A stretch of DNA of 64,000 bases, from the NCBI RefSeq assembly GCF_006345805.1, contig NC_043003.1, forward strand, positions 48,484,001-48,548,000, in the 5' to 3' direction. The position numbers and the translations under genes are program-made. Positions 36,255 to 47,832 of this stretch are shown here, piece by piece (the stretch's first letter is position 1; every line of letters starts with the position of its first letter). The stretch is from Octopus sinensis. Taxonomy: Eukaryota. The notes under the pieces are model-generated. The model saw only the letters and a program-made list of their open reading frames with translations, was not told the origin of the DNA and made no database searches.

Positions 36255-36585
36255 CATGAAGGTGCATGGCTCAGTGGTTAGAGTGTTGGGCTCACAATTA
36301 TGAGGTTGTGAGTTTGATTCCTGGATCGGGCTGTGTTGTGTTCTTGAGCAAGACACTTTATTTCATATTGCTCCAGTTCACTCAGTCGTAGAAATGAGTT
36401 GCGACAGCACTGGTGCCAAGCTGTGATGGCCTTTACCTTTCTCTTGGATAACATCGATGGTGTGGAGAGAGGAGGCTTGTATGCATGGGTGACTGCTGGT
36501 CTTCCATAAACAACCTTGCCCAGACTTGTGCCTTGGAGGGTAACTTTCTAGGTGCAATCTCATGGTCATTCATGACCGAAGGGGA
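36255..36585 (+). mobile_element. SINE family C, near full length
   Basis: TGGCTCAGTGG A-box-like and GAGTTTGATTCC B-box-like motifs; tail shared with 37612-37808 and 52995-53208 (both minus). Confidence 0.85.
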
Positions 36586-36722
36586 TACACACACACACAC
36601 ACATCTACATACCCTATTACAGACACATACTCACCCTTTCTCTCTCACACATACATATATACGACAAGCTTCTTTCAGTTTTTGTATACCAAATACACTC
36701 TCAAAGCTTTGGATGGGTTTAA

Positions 36723-36939
36723 TTCTTTAGCATTCAGATTCTTCTGTCAAATGTAATGCTTATTCATTCACATTGTTTTAAATTAATTATGCATTATCTG
36801 GTAGCTTTGAGATTTTGATGTGATTGTTTATTTTTGGAAAAAGCATTGTAGAATATGTGTGAGAGGCCAGATCTGGTTGGTTTGAGTATAAAACAAAAGA
36901 ATATTTGGGCTGGATATGGCCAGTTTAAATGCTGAAGGA
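36723..36939. mobile_element. MITE family P2
   Basis: TTAA both sides, decayed TIRs. Confidence 0.75.
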
Positions 36940-37303
36940 TTAAGGCTTTGTAGACAACACATGCCCAAGGTACCACACTGTGGGTTTGAACATGAAACTA
37001 TCTGGTTGGGTGGCAAACATTTTAACCTTGCATCTATATCTGCATCTATATTATGTTTAATTTTGGATGCAACCCAAAAATGTGTCTCAGCCAGAAGGAG
37101 ATAGTTATTTATTTATTTTTTTACCACCTTATGCTCATTATTTCATGGTGATAATGGTGGTGGTGGTAGTAGTAGTAGTAGTAGTGATGGTAATGATAGT
37201 TGTAATTGTAGCAATGAGAATTTCAGTCTTGATAGTGAGGAAGTGAAATATCCAAGATGTGACAGCTGCAAAGAGGAAGAGAGAAAGAGAGAGGGAGAGG
37301 GAA

Positions 37304-37337
<34 letters not shown>

Positions 37338-38991
37338 GCAGAGGGAAAGAGAGAGAGCGAGAAAGAGACACACACACAAACACAGAGTGAGAGAGAGAGA
37401 GAGGAGGGTTTCACCAGTTGGTATCCATAATAGCAAAGTAGACTGAAGCATGTGAAATGAAGGACATAATGCACTTCCTGGTCCAGGAATTGAACTCATT
37501 AACCTTATGATCATGTTCCAAGTACCCTAAGCACTAGAGCATGTGCATTCGCTAAAAGAAATGCAAACTATTGGAATTTAGGTTAATCATTCTGAGTCTA
37601 AAAGTAAGTAAAGACCCCCTTCGGTGATGAATGGCCATAGGATTGCACCTAGAAAGTTCCCATCCAAGGCACAATTCTGGACAAGATTGTTCGTGGAAGA
37701 CCAGCAGTCGTTCAAGGGAAAAGCAAAGGCCAATACAGCTTGGCACCAGTGATGTCACAATTCATTTCTACAGCTGAGTGAAGTGGAACAATATGAAATA
37801 AAGTGGGCATTCTTTTGACATAACTTGACAAAATCAAAATATTTCACTTTGGGTATTTCCGTGGAAGTAAATGACAGTTCGATTCTGTTTTCTGCTTGGA
37901 AATTTGTGGATTTTACATACACACATGAAACAGCTAAGAACAAATATGCAAGGCTTTTTTTTTCTTCAAGTTTAAAATGAGACATTGCTGGCATAATTTC
38001 GTTATATCTATTACTCTACAACCCAAGGAAATACCCGAAGTGAAATGATTTGATTTTGTCGAGTTATATTGAAAGACAGCTATAAAGTGCCTTGCTCAAG
38101 AACAGTACCAGTATTTATTCATCTTCTTTTCAATTGTTTGAATAATTAGCATTGTGAAAATAAAAGTGGCATTAAAAAAAAATGCACTCAACACATTCTG
38201 TAAAGTGGTTGGTGTTAGGGAGGGCATCCAGCCATAAAAACCATGCCAAAGCAGACAATGGAGCATGATAAAATCCTTGGGCTCATAGTATCATGTCAAA
38301 CCATCAAACCCATCTTAGCATGGAACATGTAAGTTAAATGATGATGATGATGGCTAAATGACTATGGTGGTGGTGATGATGGTGATGATGATTCAGGAAG
38401 CCTCAACTTGTAGTAAAATATTACCTCTACATATTATGTATGAGTGTACTTACACATGTTTGTCTTTAATGTGTACTCAAATTCCACAGATATTTGGTAT
38501 ACCATCTGTTTTATAGTTCACTGATATACATTCGCATGAATATATATATGTATATGAATATGTATTCATTGGTGCACAAGCGTAGGTGTATGTTTGAGAG
38601 AGAGAGAGAGAGTGTGGCATTCACATAAATGTGTATGATGTCAACTCCAACAAACATATGTATAATATTGTTATTGCTGTTAACCTGTTGTTAGCTCTAA
38701 GCAAAGAGAGCTATGATCATAATATACCATTCCTGACAATATCATCCAAGCCCATCTTAGTTTTAGATGATATGACCAGTACCTTCGAAACACGCAATGA
38801 GTCGAAACAGGGGCAGCTGGAGAAGGGGAATGTTCTCTCTGTTGTTTGTCTTGTACTCTGTTTTTTCGTTGTTAAAAAAAGTCTGTTTCCTTGTTTTGTT
38901 TTTAAGTTTTCATTTCTCGTGTTCTACGTTTATTTGTGGTGTCCTGTACCCATATATGCATGTATATATATATATATAATGTGTGTGTGTG

Positions 38992-39031
<40 letters not shown>

Positions 39032-39036
<5 letters not shown>

Positions 39037-39362
39037 CATCATCATCGTTTAACGTCTGTTTTCCATGTTAGCATGGGTTGGATGGTTCGACTGGGGTCTG
39101 GGAAGCTAGGAGGCTGCACCAGGCTCCAGTCTGATCTGGAAGAGTTTCTACAGCTGGATGCCCTTCCTAACACCAACCACTCTGTGAGTGTAGTGGGCGC
39201 TTTTTACATGCCACTGGCGCAGGGGCCAGAGGAGGCTGGCAACAGCCATGATTGGTTGGTGATTTTTATGTGCCCCTGGCATGGAAGCCAGCCAAGGCGG
39301 CGCTGGCATCGGCCACGTTTGGAGGGTGCTTTTTACATGCCTCCAGCATGGGTATCACAACT
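39032..39362 (-). mobile_element. RTE LINE 3' end
   Basis: Family match next to (TA)n. Confidence 0.85.
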
Positions 39363-39417
39363 GTATATATGTGCGTGTGTATTTATATACATATATATGT
39401 ATATAATGTATACATAT

Positions 39418-39608
39418 ATCATCATCATCATCATCGTCGTTTAACGTCCGTTCTCCATGCTAGCATGGGTTGGACGGTTCGACCGGGGTTCTGGGAAGCC
39501 AGAAGGCTGCACCAGGCTCCAGTCTAATTTGGCAATGTTTCTACAGCTGGATGCCCTTCCTAACGCCAACCACTCCGTGAGTGTAGTGGGTGCTTTTTAC
39601 GTGCCACC
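39418..39608 (-). mobile_element. RTE LINE 3' end, young subfamily
   Basis: Near-identical inverted partner at 40128-40297. Confidence 0.9.
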
Positions 39609-39936
39609 ATACACACACATGCACATACTTACATATAAGTACATACACATATATATATTCATATATACAAATGTGTGTGTGTATGTTCACACACACACAC
39701 ATATGCATACACACACACACACACACACACCTTATTTTGTAAATGGTTAACAGCCTTTGTTTCACAGAATAAATTTTTAATAAACTTTATCTCATTAAAA
39801 CTCTAGAATTTTTTGCATGAAACCCTGGAATTTTGATCAATTAAAAGACCTTCAAGACATTGTCCCAGCATGGCCACATTGCAATGGCTGAAACAAGTAA
39901 AAGATGTATCCAAACTATCCAATATAGTTTATAGGT

Positions 39937-40363
39937 GCAGGAGTGGTTGTGTGGTAAGTAGCTTGCTTACGAACCACATGGTTCTAGGTCCAGTCCCACT
40001 GCATGGCACCTTGGGCAAGTGTCTTCTACTATGGCCTCAGGCCGACCAAAGCCTTGTGAGTGGATTTGGTAGACAGAAACTGAAAGAAGCCCGTCGTATA
40101 TGTATATATATATATACATATATATATACACTCACGGAGTGGTTGGCGTTAGGAAGGGCATCCAGCTGTAGAAACATTGCCAGATTAGACTGGAGCCTGG
40201 TGCAGCCTTCTGGCTTCCCAGAACCCCGGTCGAACCGTCCAACCCATGCTAGCATGGAGAACGGACGTTAAACGACGATGATGATGATGATGATGATATG
40301 ACTAAAGGCGATGCTCCAGCATGGCCACAGTCAAATGACTGAAACAAGTAAAAGATTAAAGAG
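39937..40363 (+). mobile_element. SINE family A with an RTE 3' end (40128-40297) in its (TA)n core
   Basis: Head, (TA)n, RTE tail with (GAT)n, then the last 60 or so bp of SINE tail. Confidence 0.85.
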
Positions 40364-40606
40364 AGAATATAGAGATGCTATGTTACCAGTAAGGCTGAGT
40401 AATTAGTTTGGTTCACAACCATAAGACTTCAGTTTGATCCTGCTGTGTAATATTTTGAGCAAGTGTATTTGCTATAGCATCAGACCAACCCAAATGAATT
40501 TGAGTATACAGAAAGAAACTAGATAGAAGCCCATCAGATGGACAGCACTTGCAATTCAAAGGTCTAGCTTTGTCATGCTTGCGTCAAGATGGTTTTGTTT
40601 GAGAAT

Positions 40607-40610
<4 letters not shown>

Positions 40611-40646
<36 letters not shown>

Positions 40647-41105
40647 TTGAAATTATTGTATACAGTGCTCAGGTGCACTACAATTTGTCAAAAATGCATA
40701 TAAAGCATATGCAGTAATGTACAAATGTCTGGAAAGTGAAGAGTGTATGAGTCAGATACATGCTTGTGTGTGTATGGAGGGGAGAAAATCAGGTGTAGTG
40801 TTGGCGAACCTCAGGAAGCATGGAAGTTTTGAAGGATGCAGTGCTCCGACAACTAACAACTGATACTGGCAGTTTGTTCCATCATTCAACAACTCTTAGC
40901 GTGAAAAAATGTTTCCGAAAGTCATGGGAGCTGTGCTGTTTTCTGACTTTGTAAACATGTCTACAAGTGTTAAACAGGTGGAGTTTGAAAAGGTGCTCAG
41001 AGTTATTGTTAGTAAGACGGTTAATAATTTTATGGGTGTCTGCCAAGTCAGCTGCCAGCCGTTTAAGGGTAAACATGTCTATGAAATTCTCATCACATGC
41101 TAATT
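40611..41105 (-). mobile_element. CR1 LINE 3' end
   Basis: RLAADLADTHKII...NTCRHVYKVRKQHSSHDFRKHFFTLRVVE*WNKLP..VV matches CR1 C-terminal motifs; (ATT)n tail. Confidence 0.88.
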
Positions 41106-41255
41106 CAATGAGTAGGGTGTGCTGTTGATTGAATAACTGATTGCTCATATGTCAAAACTGATGTGAGAGGTCATCATTATCATATACATAATGATGATGA
41201 TGATTAAAAAGGAATCATTTGTCAATAGTAGAGAAAGGAACTTTTTAACACTTAC

Positions 41256-41294
41256 CTCCTTTTCCCTTTGCCACCAGATTTCGAGCTCTCAGAA
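41256..41294 (-). CDS. RAB11FIP1/2/5: Class I Rab11-FIP, 39-nt exon at start of C2 domain: (V)LRARNLVAKGKG(G)
   Basis: Acceptor tattcttttattttag, donor GAG|gtaagt, phase 1-1. Peptide resembles the N-terminal VLQA(R/K)xLxxKGKxG strand of class I Rab11-FIP C2 domains and joins in frame to the 27857 exon. Confidence 0.85.
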
Positions 41295-41864
41295 CTAAAA
41301 TAAAAGAATAGAAAAGAATATTTTGTAGACATAAATTAATAAAAACAAAAACAGCATTTTTATTTAAAGGCAAAAATAATAAACAGTATGCTCACTTGAC
41401 CTGGTACAGATAACAACCAAACCCACTTGAACCACATTTTAAGGTTTGCTATTAGTCTAGGAGCTCAACCTGATTTCCATGGTGTATAATCTGAGATTAC
41501 AACTCACACACTTGAATGAGACATCAATCTGTTGCAATGAGTGGCAGATCTGCAATATTGAGGCCCTGAAGCTTAAAATGTCATGGGGGCTCCCTTTACA
41601 ACCAGCAACAGTAGGGTAACACCAACAAGAGTCAAATAATTTTTGTGCCCTTGCAAGGAACTCTAGCTTCAGGCCTTGATAGCCCAAAGGATGGAGTTGT
41701 GATGTGGAGTCCTTAAAAATGAGCCTGAAAGTGAGCCTTCTTTCCACCAGAAACGAGGTGTGGGTAATCACCGATATCTTTGTCAATCTGGTTGTTTAAT
41801 GGCAGATCACTACAAATATTTTTCAGGCTATGCTTTATATTTTTAGAGTTATGAGGGTTGAACA

Positions 41865-43260
41865 TCAGGAGAGCATTATATACATGCATGATGCATCATT
41901 AAGATACATATGAAAATTACAAAATACTCCTTTTCCTGTTTTTTTTGTAGCAACAATTTTGTCATATGACAGCTTCCTTGCAATGTCATTTTCTAGAGAC
42001 AATATGCACAAGGAATTTAAGTGCTCTTCAGTCATGGTAGACCGAAATTTATTCTTTACGGAGGAAAGTTTTGAGGAACTCCTTTCTGCTTCACAACTCA
42101 TGATAGGCATTGTCAAGTATAGCTTATGTGCAGTGTTAATATTAGGGGACACTTCAATTAATTGTTGCTCATAAATAAGCTGAACAACTGTGCAATGCAT
42201 TTTAGATGGTGTGTTTCCTTCTGTGTTCTGGGATTTTGTAAGGTGTAAATACTCTTTGAATTGATAACACTCATTTATTAATTTGTGGTCAATATTGTCT
42301 TTGTAATGCGATATTATAAGTTTGATACGATTCTCACCAAATTCTGATTTGTTCATCAATTCTGAGAGAAGCTTGAATCATTTCGCAATCTGCTCATATG
42401 GGTCCATCTTGCTTAACTGGGTTATCAAGCAGTCATAGACTTGATTTAGAACTTCTATCCTAAGTTTTTCGGCCCCTTTCAAAGAAGCCCGATCATTTGT
42501 CCCATCTGCAAATTTCTTTGTAACAATGCGTTTGGAAACATCAGAATAATTTGAGAAGATATATTCACATAAACCTTTTGCTACTGATTCATAGTGTGCA
42601 TCCCTGTTGGATGGATTTTCTTGTAGTTCTTTAACAAATGAAAGCAAAGATGCTAGCAGAAGGTAACCTACAAATACATCAGAACCAAGGGTTTGGAGTT
42701 TCTTACATGTTTTATTAAAACACTCCATAACTTCTTCACAAACAACTGTTAAAACAGCATATTCTAATTTTACCAACTTGTGGTATAAGTTCTTTGCATC
42801 TCGCTCACATTCAGGCTTCTCTTCTGAGTCTTCAAACATATGTTTGAGAATTTGTAAAATATTCCTATATCCATTTTTAATTGCCTGGACAGCTTCAAAG
42901 TGTGCAGACCATCTAGTTACACTTAAGCTCTTTAGAGAAAAGGCTAGATTGCCCTGTGTGTTCAAAAGACCCTTCTTCGAGGAGATTCAGAGGTTAACAA
43001 CAGGAACTCTGTAAAAGTTCCTATTGTTAACCTCTGTAACAATAGGAACCTTGAAAATAAAGATTCAAGGAGCTGCCCTTCCTCAGTCTGACTAATCTGT
43101 TAAATAACAACAGTTACTCAATAAGTCAAAGGAGAGGAGGCACTGCTCATAACCTTTGCAGGATCTTCCATTTTACATCTGAGCTATTCAGTCAATTGTT
43201 TCTAAGTCACTGCTATTTGACAACTTCTTTCAACTATTAAGCCAGTAGGGGTCCAGAGGT
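41865..43260 (-). pseudogene. hAT transposase relic (ZMYM1-like type), C-terminal half plus N-terminal remnant
   Basis: LKSLSVTRWS..., C-terminal SCEAERS.SKL..VKNKFRSTMTEE.LN.L.ILSLE dimerisation motif. ORFs 42378-42965 and 41865-42359 are one frame broken by a single TGA. Confidence 0.9.
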
Positions 43261-43904
43261 TTGCTCTGCTCTTTCTACCTTCATCTATAATAGTCCTTTG
43301 TATTCCCTGGATTTTCTGTTTTCATGTCAAACCCAGAAAAAGTCCATTATTTTGTTGTTGCTGTTGTTTAAGCCCTTATCAGACCTGTTTAAGCACACCA
43401 ATGATCAAATGGGTCCCACCTATGACCAATTCGTTTTTGCATCCAATCAGCATGCATATATTATAATTAAGACTTAGATATCAACTTTTTAAGGTGATAA
43501 ATTGTGATTTAAAGGAAGTTTGTCTATTATTTCTGGCTTTTCAAGCAACCACATAAATGTTCCCACGCCAGTTAGTTTATAATGTTATGGTGTTGCTATA
43601 TCATTTCAATTCACAGCAGTTATCAGTATCTTTTACATATGCATCATCATTTTAATGAGAAAAGTATTCTGAGAAAAACTATAATTGTATATTCACAAAT
43701 TTATCAATGTGTTTTCATCTATCACTTCATATTCATGACATATAATAATTTCCTACATACAATTCCAAGATATCTACTTGATTTTAAACTAACCTATGAA
43801 ACTATAGTGATTTTCTTATCTCTACTTTGGCAAATATGTTTTGGTGTTGTCTATGCTTTGGTGCTCTCTACATTACAGAAACACTATCAAAACTATTAAC
43901 ATAC

Positions 43905-44298
43905 GCAGGAGTGGCTGTGTAGTAAGTAGCTTGCTTACGAACCACATGGTTCTGGGTTCAGTCCCACTGCATGGAACCTTGGGCAAGTGTCTTCTACTAT
44001 AGCTTCGGGCCGACCAAAGCATTGTGAGTGGATTTGGTTAGACAGAAACTGAAAGAAGCCCATCATATATATGAATATATATATGTATGTGTGTGTCTGT
44101 GTTTGTCCCCCCAACATCGCTTGATAATCGATGCTGGTGTGTTTATGTCCCCGTAACTTAGTGGTTTGGGAAAAGAGACCGATAGAATAAGTATTAGGCT
44201 TACAAAGAATAAGTCCTGGGATCGATTTGCTCGGCTAAAGGCAGTGCTTCAGCATGGCTGCAGTCAAATGACTGAAACAAGTAAAAGAGAGTAAAGAG
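43905..44298 (+). mobile_element. SINE family A, full length
   Basis: Near-consensus. Confidence 0.9.
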
Positions 44299-44842
44299 TA
44301 TACATATATACATATATGAAAAACTATTGTTTTTTCATCTAGATGGCATCTCTGAGCAATTAATTTCAGTGATTTTTTTTTCTTAAGTATTAAGGCCCCT
44401 TTAAGTCCTGCTTTGTCAATAACTATTCAGTTTCTCCTGCATTGGTGCCATGAGAAAAATACACTGAGTACACTCTGTGAAGTGGCCAACAATAGGAAGG
44501 AACATCCAGAATTGGAGCTGAATGACATGTAAAAACAGCACTATACAGGAGCAGTGGCTCTTAATAAGAAAGGACTTGGATAGTAATAATCTGTTCAATC
44601 TATGCCAATTTGGAAAACAGATGTAAAATGACGATGACAATGATAATGACATGATGATGGTGAAAATACATAGAAAATAAAATTAGAGGCTTTATAAGCT
44701 AGCACAAATGCAAGATAGAAAAGATGTGAATGGAACAACGCACAAGAATCAACCCACATATCTGTTGTTATTCGAATGACTATACCAACCCTTACTCCAA
44801 AGTGACCAGGTGTACTTTGTCCAATGAAATTAATGTTCTTAA

Positions 44843-45061
44843 CCCTTTTGATACCAACCTGGCTGAAACCGGCTCTGGCTCAGTACAAATGTGTTGTTTT
44901 CATAAGTTTTGAATTAAAATCTTCCACCAAACCTTATTCACAATTTATGTTCCTAACATTAGCTTAATGATAACTAAGTTATTTTACTAAATTCTTTGCT
45001 ATATTTAAAATTAATTGAAAGAAACAGAGAGTATCTCAAAATAAATACAGTAATGAAAGGG
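44843..45061. mobile_element. piggyBac-like MITE family P1, copy 2
   Basis: TTAA TSDs; colinear with 18550-18770. Confidence 0.88.
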
Positions 45062-46085
45062 TTAAAGTATCAGTACACCAGCTACTTAAGTCTATCTTGC
45101 TTGCCACATGACAACCTCTGATATTTTGTAAAACATTGTATCTTTTCTATGACAAAACACCTGCGCTTGGACCTCTATCATACTTTAGAATCTTGACATT
45201 TGCATAAAGTCACATTTTCCATCTGAAATATACACTAGCACACAGTTATCCAAGGGGGTATTTTCTTTTCCCTTTTCCTACTCTTTTCCTTTCTTGCAAG
45301 TTACTTGGTGATCTTGCAAGTGCGGGCAGCAAGAGGAAAAGCACCAGGTACACTGTGTAAAGTGGTTGGTGTTTGAAAGGGCCTCTGTCCACAGAAACCA
45401 TGCCAACATTGATGATGAAGCTCAACACAGCCAATGCGGCTTGTTGGATCCTGTCAAACCGTTCAAGCTAGCAGGGAAAAGGATGTTTAATGATGATTGA
45501 TGATGATGATGTTGATGACGATGATGATATGTATCACTCTAGGCTGTATAAAAATAATTTAATCTTTTACTTGTTTCAGTCATTTGACTGTGGCCATGCT
45601 GGAGCACTGCCTTGAAGGCTTTTTAGTTGAACAAATTGACTACAAGACTTATTTTCTTTTAAGCCTGGCACTTATTTTTGCTGAATCACTAAGTTACAGG
45701 GATGTAAACATAACAACACCAGTTGTCAAGTGGTGATGGTGGGACAAACAGAGACACAAAGACATATACGCACACACACGCACACCACACACACAGAGGG
45801 TAAATATACTGTCATCTAAATTATGCAAAAATGAAATTAACACTGACATCTCATTTTAACAGATATATTTATGAAAATTACATAAAAATATCTCGAACTA
45901 CTAAAGAGAAAATTTATTCAATAAAATCGCCATTGGCTTCAACCACAGGCTTGAATTGCAACATGATGCTGTTTTCCTCAAGGACGGTGTCCAACTGACC
46001 CTACTATACTGTGTAGTTAACAAAATCAAAAACAAACAAAGCGTGAAATTAAAAATAAAAATAGCAACAATTTACACATCACACC

Positions 46086-46136
<51 letters not shown>

Positions 46137-46335
46137 TAAAAGAGGTGAGGACCGAAATCCTTCAAAGGGATGTCAAACATCCAAGTCTGCCAGTACAGTC
46201 CAAGTAGAGAATATATATAAAAATATATATTCAGTATTTGCAAAACAGTAAATGAAGTATAAAGAAAGGGAAAATTGTAAGTGTAGACAATCGTTAATTC
46301 AGTTCATAATCCAAGTTCTGACAGAACCAATATAC

Positions 46336-46426
46336 ATTCTACAAATTGCTTCAGAGTCTAATTAATTACAAAGACAAAAACGAAAAACTCTTTATGAAAT
46401 AAAAAATTAGATTCCTCGTCAGGAAT
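46336..46426 (-). ncRNA. Degenerate type I hammerhead motif with long stem II loop
   Basis: ATTC CTGACGA GGAATCTAATT [loop] AATTAGACTCT GAAGC AATTT GTA GAAT; GAAA core reads GAAG. Confidence 0.5.
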
Positions 46427-46669
46427 TACATACTGGTATGAATAATTATAACCAACAAATATATACAAAGACCTTTCATAGCCCAGATGTAAATGAACAA
46501 ATAAATGAAAGATAACAAGAACGCGAGATATTCAAAACTAGAAATATATATATATATCAACCAATCCAGCATTTTATTAACATTACTATTCACGATATGT
46601 AAATATCTACAAAAGACAGATAAATTTGATGAAACAAAAGGTAACCACAAAAATAATATATATAATTAA

Positions 46670-47150
46670 ATATCAATGGAAATAGTAGTTGTGATACCTG
46701 TGCTGGTGGCACATAAAAAGCACCATCCGAACGTGGCCATTGCCAGCGCCGCCTCGACTGGCTTCTGTGCTGGTAGCACATAAAAAGCACCATCCGAACG
46801 TGGCTGATGCCAGCGCCGCCCCGACTGGCTTCTGTGCTGGTGGCACATAAAAAGCACCATCCGAACGTGGCCGTTGCCAGCGCCACCTTGGCTGGCTTCT
46901 GTGCCGGTGGCACGTTAAAAGCTCCAACCGATCGTGGCCGATGCCAGACACCCCTGGCACCTGTGCAGGTGGCACGTAAAAAGCACCCACTACACTCGCA
47001 GAGTGATTGGTGTTAGGAAGGGCATCCAGCTGTAGAAACTCTGCCAGATCAGACTGGAGCCTGGTGCAGCCACTGGCTTCCCAGATCCTGGTCGAACCGT
47101 CCAACCCGTGCTAGTGCGGAAAACAGACGTTAAACAATGATGATGATGAT
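46670..47150 (+). mobile_element. RTE LINE 3' UTR with 67-bp tandem units and (GAT)n tail
   Basis: GTGGCAC unit starts at 46706, 46773, 46840, 46907, 46969. Confidence 0.9.
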
Positions 47151-47223
47151 ACACACACACACTAGCAGAGATATCCGGGGTTGCCACTGTTACATGCAAT
47201 TGAATGTAACATATATATATGTG

Positions 47224-47262
<39 letters not shown>

Positions 47263-47377
47263 GTATATGTGTGTGTATATGTATATATAATCCAAAAAAG
47301 AAGAACACAAAAAGCACAACGCGAGGATGTGGTACATGTAAATTATTAGCAGATGCTCAAGGAAGGAAAGAAAGATA

Positions 47378-47413
47378 GTTTAACGTTTCAAGCAGATGCT
47401 CTTCTTCAGAAAC
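47378..47413 (-). ncRNA. Minimal type I hammerhead ribozyme motif (Penelope-associated type)
   Basis: GTTT CTGAAGA A GAGC ATCT GCTT GAA ACGT T AAAC: 4-bp stem I, 4-bp stem II with one G-U, palindromic stem III ACGU. Confidence 0.7.
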
Positions 47414-47510
47414 AGAGAAAACTCCAATAGAAGGGAAGACGGAGGAAGAAAATTGCCAACAATATGCATTTATTTACACATATATAGAAATATACATCTA
47501 TCTATCTATC

Positions 47511-47550
<40 letters not shown>

Positions 47551-47564
47551 TATACATATATACA

Positions 47565-47612
<48 letters not shown>

Positions 47613-47669
47613 TATGCAATACAAAGTATTGCCTTCCAGTAAAAAGTAGCCCGTGAGGGAAAAATACAC

Positions 47670-47794
47670 AATTAGTAAATAAATGGCACAACAAAGTACC
47701 GATATTTACTGGAAATAGCGAACGTAAAAATACGACGCTAAAGTGTAGCTTCCAGTAAATATCGGTACTTTGTTGTGCCATTTATTTACTAATT
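47670..47794. repeat. Perfect 45-bp inverted repeat with structured 35-nt loop
   Basis: Arms 47670-47714 and 47750-47794. Confidence 0.95.
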
Positions 47795-47796
47795 TG

Positions 47797-47826
<30 letters not shown>

Positions 47827-47832
<6 letters not shown>

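Noticed and set aside
38750-38830. Two GAAAC motifs suggesting another hammerhead
   Set aside because: No CUGANGA core or consistent stems.
41380-41445. ATG TGG start close to the 39-nt exon (MWFKWVWLLSVP)
   Set aside because: No similarity to the expected PTHVQVT strand and only a weak donor.
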